A stretch of DNA of 64,000 nt from Candidatus Anderseniibacteriota bacterium (GTDB taxonomy: Bacteria; Patescibacteriota; Andersenbacteria; UBA10190). The translations under genes were made by a program, and so were the position numbers. The stretch is from contig JACPWO010000002.1 in assembly GCA_016197005.1 (NCBI GenBank), positions 146,178 to 210,177 on the forward strand. The letters run 5' to 3'. Under the pieces are notes generated by a model, which was not told the origin of the DNA, did not search any database, and worked only from the letters and a program-made list of their open reading frames with translations. The stretch's first letter is position 1, and the number at the start of each line of letters is the position of its first letter. This document shows positions 57,924 to 64,000 of the stretch, piece after piece.

Positions 57924-59427
57924 TAAGAACGTCGGCTTCAGATTCCGCTTCGTCTTCTGGCACATCTGTCGTTGATGAAGCCTCTAGCAGTTCCGCTATC
58001 GCTTGCACTCCATCAGCCGCGGTGTTCGCAATTTGATAAACTACCGTCTCTTTTTTATCACGTGTGGCGGCGTTTCCAATTCCCGTAACCTCATATCCTT
58101 CGGACGTGAGTTGATCGCGGGTGCGAGCGGCTAGACCGGCAACATTTGTACCGTTACGAATTTCAACTGATGGTTTGGCTTGTTCCTCTTCCTTTTCAGC
58201 CGGGGCGGGAGTAGGGGTGGTAGGAGCTTGGGTTGGTTCGATAGATTTGCTAACGTCTTCAGAGAAAATGTTTGCTGCGATTGATTGAATCTCTGAGTAG
58301 TCGCCAGTGCGAGTTCGTAAAACGGAGGCGGGCTGTCCGCCCAAAACTTCGGTTGTTCCAACCAACACTCCGTTATGTCCGGTAGTGAGAACAACAGAAT
58401 GTACCTTGGTTCTATCTATGAGGCGAGCGAGTTCAAAGAATCGCTTCATTTCCCACAGCTGCATATCAGTCCGAATATTATTTGCTAGTGATTCAAGTAT
58501 TTGGTTGACAGCGCCAAAATCAAAGGCGGTGTTTACCGAGAATACTTTCTCGCGAAGAGCTAGCAGGAGTTGTTGTTGCCGTGCTGCGCGCTTAAAGTCT
58601 CCACCTTCTGGTCCCTCAATGTAGCGAGCGCGAGCATATGCTAGTGCTCGCTCACCGTTCATGGTTTCTGTACCGGCCGGGAAAGAAATTTTGTGCCAGT
58701 AATCTGTAAAGCTATTTTCAATTGTAATATTTACGCCTCCGACTGCATCGACAATGGACTTAAAGGCAGTGAAATCAACTCGAGCGTAGTAGTGTATCGG
58801 CTGCCCGGTTATTTCTTCTACCTTTTCTCGCAGTAGTTGCGGTCCTTTGTGTTCGCCTTGGGCTTCTCCAATTGCATGGACAGAATTTATTTTAGAAAAA
58901 TAATCTTCCCCTGGGACTTGTACATACAAATCACGGGGAATGGAAAGAAGAGAAACATCTCCATTTTTTGGATGGATACTGACCACCATAATTGTGTCAG
59001 CTAAATTTTCTCCACTGTGACCTTCGCCACCGACAGCCAGTAGCATAACGTTAATGCGTCCTTCTTCCTCGCCTGCAAGAAATTCGCCGGAAGAAAACAG
59101 GAGATCTTTAATTTGTCCGAAGAGAGAGCGATCGGTCACTGTAATTTTGTTGCTGGCAGCTAAGATGCGATATCCAAATGCACCGCCACCAATAATACCG
59201 AGGACGAAAAGGAGGAGTACAATCCGCCGTAACCATGAGCCATAGCTACGACGACGGCGTGGTGACGTACTTCGTCGGCGAGGTGCGGGTGGAGCAATCG
59301 TACGAGTAGGAGCGGTCTTCTCAGTCTGGACTGTATCACTTAAGCGATAGCGCCGACGGACATCACGTAAAACCCCTCGTTGCGCCCGTGGGGGAAGTCC
59401 TGGCCCTGGGTAAGTTGATGCGGTCAT
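57898..59427 (-). CDS. LCP (LytR-CpsA-Psr) family protein with LytR C-terminal domain
   Basis: ADTIMV, LSIPRD, YARAR, DFKRAARQQ, RNGTNVAGLA. Confidence 0.92.
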   Translation of the reverse strand: MTASTYPGPGLPPRAQRGVLRDVRRRYRLSDTVQTEKTAPTRTIAPPAPRRRSTSPRRRRSYGSWLRRIVLLLFVLGIIGGGAFGYRILAASNKITVTDRSLFGQIKDLLFSSGEFLAGEEEGRINVMLLAVGGEGHSGENLADTIMVVSIHPKNGDVSLLSIPRDLYVQVPGEDYFSKINSVHAIGEAQGEHKGPQLLREKVEEITGQPIHYYARVDFTAFKSIVDAVGGVNITIENSFTDYWHKISFPAGTETMNGERALAYARARYIEGPEGGDFKRAARQQQLLLALREKVFSVNTAFDFGAVNQILESLANNIRTDMQLWEMKRFFELARLIDRTKVHSVVLTTGHNGVLVGTTEVLGGQPASVLRTRTGDYSEIQSIAANIFSEDVSKSIEPTQAPTTPTPAPAEKEEEQAKPSVEIRNGTNVAGLAARTRDQLTSEGYEVTGIGNAATRDKKETVVYQIANTAADGVQAIAELLEASSTTDVPEDEAESEADVLIILGADAE

Positions 59428-59505
59428 ATTTTTAGTAAGCTGCTTTTGAGTATATCAAGGACATTGATGTTTGCGATAGGTGTATTACATCCCTATACTA
59501 CATCT

Positions 59506-60081
59506 ATGATTTCCGGGATTGTGAAGTTTTTTTGGGAACTTATCAAGGCCTTCTTGGTGGCACTCGTTATTATCATCCCAATCCGCTATTTTCTAGTGCA
59601 GCCATTTTTCGTTCGAGGAGCTTCAATGGATCCCACGTTCCATGATGGAGAGTATCTCTTAATTGATCAGCTTTCTTACCGTTTCCGAGAGCCACGACGT
59701 GGCGAAGTCATTGTTTTTCGTTATCCACAGGAGCCTTCCCAGTTTTTCATTAAACGAATCGTGGGGCTGCCCGGCGAAACTGTGCGAATTGAAGATGGGC
59801 GAGTCGTTATTGTAAATAACCAGCTTCAGCAAGGAGCTGCTATTGATGAAAGTGGCTACTTACCTGAGGGACTACGAACAGGTGGACACGTGGAAATGAC
59901 CCTTCAGAAAGATGAATTTTTTGTATTAGGAGATAACCGTCCGGCCAGCTCAGATTCTCGTGCGTGGGGAGTATTACCTGAAGAAGATATTATTGGTCGA
60001 ACATGGATTCGGGCCTTTCCCTTTGACCGCCTTTCCCTTTTCCGAATTGATCCTCCTGGCTTCGTAAGTATTTCTGAGTAG
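59506..60081 (+). CDS. lepB: Signal peptidase I
   Basis: GASMDPT, IKRIVGLPGE, LGDNR..SSDSR. Confidence 0.95.
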   Translation: MISGIVKFFWELIKAFLVALVIIIPIRYFLVQPFFVRGASMDPTFHDGEYLLIDQLSYRFREPRRGEVIVFRYPQEPSQFFIKRIVGLPGETVRIEDGRVVIVNNQLQQGAAIDESGYLPEGLRTGGHVEMTLQKDEFFVLGDNRPASSDSRAWGVLPEEDIIGRTWIRAFPFDRLSLFRIDPPGFVSISE

Positions 60082-60128
60082 AGCAAAGTATTTGCGCATA
60101 GGCAGCAAACACTGTAATCTGCCTATCG

Positions 60129-61490
60129 ATGCCGAAAATAACGAAAAAACCGAAGCTTACAGAAGAACAAATCCAAGAGGAGTTGGATGCTGCTTTTGAT
60201 AAAGCGAATAAAAAAGATCAGATTTCCAGTCCTCGAGGCACACAAGACATTCTTCCTCACGATCATAAATACTGGGAATATATTACTGAAAGCGCTCGGT
60301 TAATTTTACGAGGTTGGTACTTCCAGGAAATCCAAACTCCTATTTTTGAAGAGAAAAAGTTGTATGAACGTGGGGTAGGACAAGAGACAGACATAGTCCA
60401 GAAAGAAATGTTTGAATTGAAATCTCGCAGTCGTGGTACTCATTACGTCTTGCGGCCAGAAGCCACTGCTGGTATTGCCCGCGCATATCTCGAACATGGT
60501 ATGCGTTCGTGGCCACGACCGGTCAAATTATTTACCGTTGGTCCTTTTTTTCGCTACGAGCGTCCCCAGGCTGGACGTTTTCGTCAGCATCACCAACTCA
60601 GTTTGGAAGTACTTGGTTCAGCCGCTCCGGTAACTGACGTTGAAGTTATGTATGTTCTCCACCTCCTCTTTAAACGCTTGGGTCTTGAAGATTATGTAGT
60701 ACAAGTCAATAGCTTAGGACTCCCAGCTGAGCGAAAGGAATATATTAAATTACTCAAAGATCATTACCGCCGAAATATTCGTAAACTTTCTCGTGAAGAT
60801 AAAGAGCGTCTGAAGCGCAATCCACTCCGAGTACTGGATTCAAAGGATGAAAAGGCTATCCGGGTGGCGAACACTGCTCCTCGGCTCATTGACCACTTAA
60901 GTGAAACTTCAAAGAAACACTTTGAGTATGTCACCAATATGTTAGGAGAGCTTGAAGTACCATTTGAAGTAAATCCACGATTGGTACGAGGACTGGATTA
61001 TTACACGCATACTGTTTTTGAATTTGTCTCTCGTACTGCTGGTGAGCAGGGTGTTTCTTTCACCTCAGGTGGAAGATATGACGGGTTAGTACGACAATTG
61101 GGAGGACGAGATACAGCTGCAGTTGGAGCTGGCATTGGTATTGAGCGAGTGGTGGATCGAATTAAGAAAGAGGGAATAGATCTGACCTTAACTGATCAGC
61201 CACTTTTGTATGTTGCCCAACTTGGAGATAGAGCTAAGGTTGTGGCACTTAAGCTTATGAGGAAGTTAAATGAAGCTGGTATTCCATTTGCTGAAGGGGT
61301 TGACCGTGACGGAATGCAGCCACAACTTAAAGCAGCTGATCGTCTTGGTGTTGGTTGGGCTGCTATTATTGGTCAAAAGGAAGTACTTGATGGCACGATC
61401 ATTCTCCGAAATATGGAAAGTGGCATGCAAGAAGTAGTCGATCAGGCCAACTTAGTCGAAGAATTACAAAAAAGACTCCACTTAGAATAG
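60129..61490 (+). CDS. hisS: Histidine--tRNA ligase
   Basis: PRGTQD, LRPEATA, FRYERPQAGR, LVRGLDYY, GGRYDGL. Confidence 0.96.
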   Translation: MPKITKKPKLTEEQIQEELDAAFDKANKKDQISSPRGTQDILPHDHKYWEYITESARLILRGWYFQEIQTPIFEEKKLYERGVGQETDIVQKEMFELKSRSRGTHYVLRPEATAGIARAYLEHGMRSWPRPVKLFTVGPFFRYERPQAGRFRQHHQLSLEVLGSAAPVTDVEVMYVLHLLFKRLGLEDYVVQVNSLGLPAERKEYIKLLKDHYRRNIRKLSREDKERLKRNPLRVLDSKDEKAIRVANTAPRLIDHLSETSKKHFEYVTNMLGELEVPFEVNPRLVRGLDYYTHTVFEFVSRTAGEQGVSFTSGGRYDGLVRQLGGRDTAAVGAGIGIERVVDRIKKEGIDLTLTDQPLLYVAQLGDRAKVVALKLMRKLNEAGIPFAEGVDRDGMQPQLKAADRLGVGWAAIIGQKEVLDGTIILRNMESGMQEVVDQANLVEELQKRLHLE

Positions 61491-61506
61491 GGTGTATACT
61501 TCTCTC

Positions 61507-61863
61507 ATGACTGAGAGTAATAACGACTGTATTTTTTGTTCAATTGTCGCTGGTACCACCCCAGCTGACGTAGTTTTTGATGGTGGTGACACTTTATTTT
61601 TCCGGGACATTAACCCCAAGGCCCCCGTTCACGCTGTTGGGATACCGAAAGTTCACATAACGTCGCTCGATGTACTAACCGGTGATGAACATGCGTTGGT
61701 GGGAAAGATTCTACATGAAGCAGCCGATGTGGCCCGAGATCTAGGAGTAAGTGAAAGTGGATACCGGGTTATTACGAATGTAGGAAAAGATGCCGGTCAA
61801 GAAATTGAACACCTCCACTTTCACGTGATTGGCGGAGAACCGCTGGGACCACTTCGCAGCTAA
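61507..61863 (+). CDS. HIT family nucleotide-binding protein
   Basis: DCIFC, AGQEIEHLHFHVIGG. Confidence 0.93.
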   Translation: MTESNNDCIFCSIVAGTTPADVVFDGGDTLFFRDINPKAPVHAVGIPKVHITSLDVLTGDEHALVGKILHEAADVARDLGVSESGYRVITNVGKDAGQEIEHLHFHVIGGEPLGPLRS

Positions 61864-61869
61864 GGAGTG

Positions 61870-62289
61870 ATGAAAAAAATTCTTACATTTATCGTTACGA
61901 GCTCCTGGCTCCTGGTAACTCCTTTTTTTGCGTATGCAGCAATCATCCCACCCTGTGATCCGGTTCCTGGTAAAGGTAATAGTTGCGGTGTGAATGATCT
62001 TTTTCAACTACTGGTAAATATTTACGACTATCTCCTTGGGTTAGCAGCTATAGTAGCAGTACTCATGATCGTATGGGCGGGATTCCGCATTCTTATCTTT
62101 TACTGGAGTGAACAACCTGAGTCAGATCTCGAGGCAGCAAAAAATACCATTCGTCGTGCTATTTTTGGTCTTATTATTATTTTGACAGCTTATCTAGTAG
62201 TGGCCACAGTTGTGTTTAGCTTATTTGGTCTTGATCCAGGCGGTCCAGTAGGAAAAGAGCTTCAAAAAAGAGGATTGGTTGCCCCGTAA
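61870..62289 (+). CDS. Pilin-like membrane protein (TrbC/VirB2-like)
   Basis: Signal peptide, Cys pair, two TM helices joined by AKNTIRRAIFGL. Confidence 0.65.
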   Translation: MKKILTFIVTSSWLLVTPFFAYAAIIPPCDPVPGKGNSCGVNDLFQLLVNIYDYLLGLAAIVAVLMIVWAGFRILIFYWSEQPESDLEAAKNTIRRAIFGLIIILTAYLVVATVVFSLFGLDPGGPVGKELQKRGLVAP

Positions 62290-62370
62290 GGTAATGTAAA
62301 AAGATCTTGACGACCACGTTAAGCCGTGGCAAGCTATTATGTGTAAGTTTTATCTGGGAGGTGTTTTTAT

Positions 62371-62622
62371 ATGGTAGAAGTTCGTAAGCGCGACAATGAA
62401 TCCACCGAAAGTCTTATCCGCCGCTTCAGCCGGAAGGTTCAGGCTAGCGGAGTTTTACTGCAGGCTAAGAAAGTCCGCTACTACCAACGTAAGAAAAGTA
62501 AGCTCAAGGCTAGAGAAGAAGCTAAAAGAAAATCAGAGCTACTTGCAGAACGAGAAAAACTCATTAAGCTCGGCTTATTAGAAGAATATACGACTCCAGG
62601 TTTTCGACGTTCGCGCCGATAA
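62371..62622 (+). CDS. rpsU: 30S ribosomal protein S21
   Basis: VEVRKRDNESTESLIRRFSRKV..SG; SD GGGAGGTG. Confidence 0.85.
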   Translation: MVEVRKRDNESTESLIRRFSRKVQASGVLLQAKKVRYYQRKKSKLKAREEAKRKSELLAEREKLIKLGLLEEYTTPGFRRSRR

Positions 62623-62642
62623 ACATAACTGAGTAATAGGAA

Positions 62643-62672
62643 AACAAGTCGCTCGCACGAGCGGCTTGTTTT
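62643..62672. terminator. Bidirectional terminator-like hairpin
   Basis: AACAAGTCGCT/AGCGGCTTGTT flanked by A- and T-tracts. Confidence 0.65.
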
Positions 62673-62705
62673 GGCTAGGGATATTTTCTGCTACACTGCT
62701 CGTGT

Positions 62706-63473
62706 ATGGCACCTCCGCCAAATCTTCCGATACCTGGTACTGACTCTGCTAGTCCAGCGAGCAGTACGCCAGGAGGAATACGTCCGGGCACTGGCTTTGA
62801 TGCACCGGATCCATTTTTGCCTCCAGGCGCTGGAGCAGGTACGCCGACTCCAAAGCCAGCTGTATATTCTGCTCCTCCTCAATCTGCTACTCCTGCGTCA
62901 CCACCTTCGCCGGTTATGAATGTGCCACCAATTGCTCCTCCGTCTTTTCAACAACCGGTGACTCCGGTACGTCGTCGTCGCTGGGGTATTCTCCTTTTTG
63001 GCAGTTTTGTCGTTTTGACGCTTCTGGCCGTAGCTGGTTTTGTGGGAGCTCGTCTTTTATTTGCTCCAGAACCTACGCCTGAGCCAACTATTCGACCGAC
63101 GGCTACTCCTCTTCCAACCACTGCTACTGCTACTGCAACGCCATTGCCAACTTCTGCTAGTGCTGAGGATCAAATAGCTGATCCTGATGGTGATGGGCTA
63201 ACAAATGCCGAAGAAGAGTTTTACAAAACCAACTCAGCTGAAGCAGATAGTGATGGTGATGGTTACGTTGATGGGGAAGAGGTACGAGCCGGCTATGATC
63301 CATTGACGAGTGGTAAACTCGACTCGGATAACGACGGGTTTGCTGATCCTGATGAGCGAGAATTTGGTTCGGATCCTTTCAATCCAGATACTGATGGTGA
63401 CGGGTATGCGGATGGAGAAGAAATTGAGAATGGATTCAATCCGCTGATCCCATCTCCTGGAGATCGGTTGTAA
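62706..63473 (+). CDS. Pro-rich membrane protein with thrombospondin-type-3-like Ca-binding repeats
   Basis: TM then DPDGDGL..EE, DSDGDGY.DG.E, DTDGDGY. Confidence 0.75.
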   Translation: MAPPPNLPIPGTDSASPASSTPGGIRPGTGFDAPDPFLPPGAGAGTPTPKPAVYSAPPQSATPASPPSPVMNVPPIAPPSFQQPVTPVRRRRWGILLFGSFVVLTLLAVAGFVGARLLFAPEPTPEPTIRPTATPLPTTATATATPLPTSASAEDQIADPDGDGLTNAEEEFYKTNSAEADSDGDGYVDGEEVRAGYDPLTSGKLDSDNDGFADPDEREFGSDPFNPDTDGDGYADGEEIENGFNPLIPSPGDRL

Positions 63474-63541
63474 TAATCGTCTTGAGAGCCTAGTAGCAAA
63501 AGGTACTTTGCTCTTTTGGTATTTATCCTTACGCTGGCTCT

Positions 63542-63967
63542 ATGCCTACGGTGCTTCAATCTGAGGAAGAGTTTGTACTAACTCCAAGTGAGGTAGAACG
63601 CTTGTGGCAAGAAGTAAGGAAAGCGTGTGAATATCCAGATGATGAGGTAGCGGTACGTTGTGTGAGCGAGGAAGAGATTAAAAAGCTTAATACCAAATAT
63701 CGCAAGAAGAATCACGCAACCAATATTCTGACATTTACATATGATGAACAACACGACATTGCCCTTTGTCTTTCTGTAGCCGAAGAAGAATCACGAGAAC
63801 AGGAAGTAGCTTTGAGAGACTATGTGGCATTGCTCCTCGTGCATGCATTTCTTCACGCTACTGGCATGGATCATGAGCGGTCAGAAGAGGAAGCGGAGAA
63901 TACAGAAGACCTGGAAACTACTATTCTTTCTAAATCAGGGTTTTCCGCAATTTCTCTCTCGGCCTAA
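63542..63967 (+). CDS. ybeY: rRNA maturation RNase YbeY
   Basis: LN.KYR.KN.ATNILTF, HAFLHATGMDH. Confidence 0.9.
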   Translation: MPTVLQSEEEFVLTPSEVERLWQEVRKACEYPDDEVAVRCVSEEEIKKLNTKYRKKNHATNILTFTYDEQHDIALCLSVAEEESREQEVALRDYVALLLVHAFLHATGMDHERSEEEAENTEDLETTILSKSGFSAISLSA

Positions 63968-64000
63968 GAGAGCTACAATAGAGGAATGCAAAAAACATGG

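Noticed and set aside
983-63559. Numerous antisense or nested ORFs in the six-frame track
   Set aside because: Shadow frames of well-supported genes

Overview
Bacterial chromosomal segment, translated with the standard code. Gene content (dense housekeeping genes, duplicated pilMNO, dimeric GlyRS, type-2 IleRS, TrmB regulator, VirB2-like pilin, almost no biosynthetic pathways) suggests a Patescibacteria/CPR (Parcubacteria-like) genome; this is an inference. It carries type IV pilus assembly genes, five aminoacyl-tRNA synthetases, infC-rpmI-rplT, smpB-ssrA, parAB, topA-dprA-mfd, sugar-nucleotide genes, a large FG-GAP surface protein, tRNA-Leu and one IS110 element with a structured 5' leader. 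The most unusual signals are non-coding. (1) Downstream of the TrmB gene is a ~500-nt promoter-to-terminator, densely base-paired RNA with a 10-bp pseudoknot and an SD-led 7-codon ORF, followed by a second ~125-nt rod-shaped RNA that exposes an anti-SD-like loop. (2) A tRNA-like gene has Ala identity (G3:U70, A73) but a 32-nt structured arm in place of the anticodon loop. (3) Two tandem single-gene micro-islands are bounded by copies of the tmRNA 3' end. Core genes show a TAnnnT box 6-8 nt before ATG (leaderless signature), whereas scattered ORFan cassettes have their own TTGACA promoters, boxA-like motifs and SD sites. All structures were folded by eye and no database searches were run.
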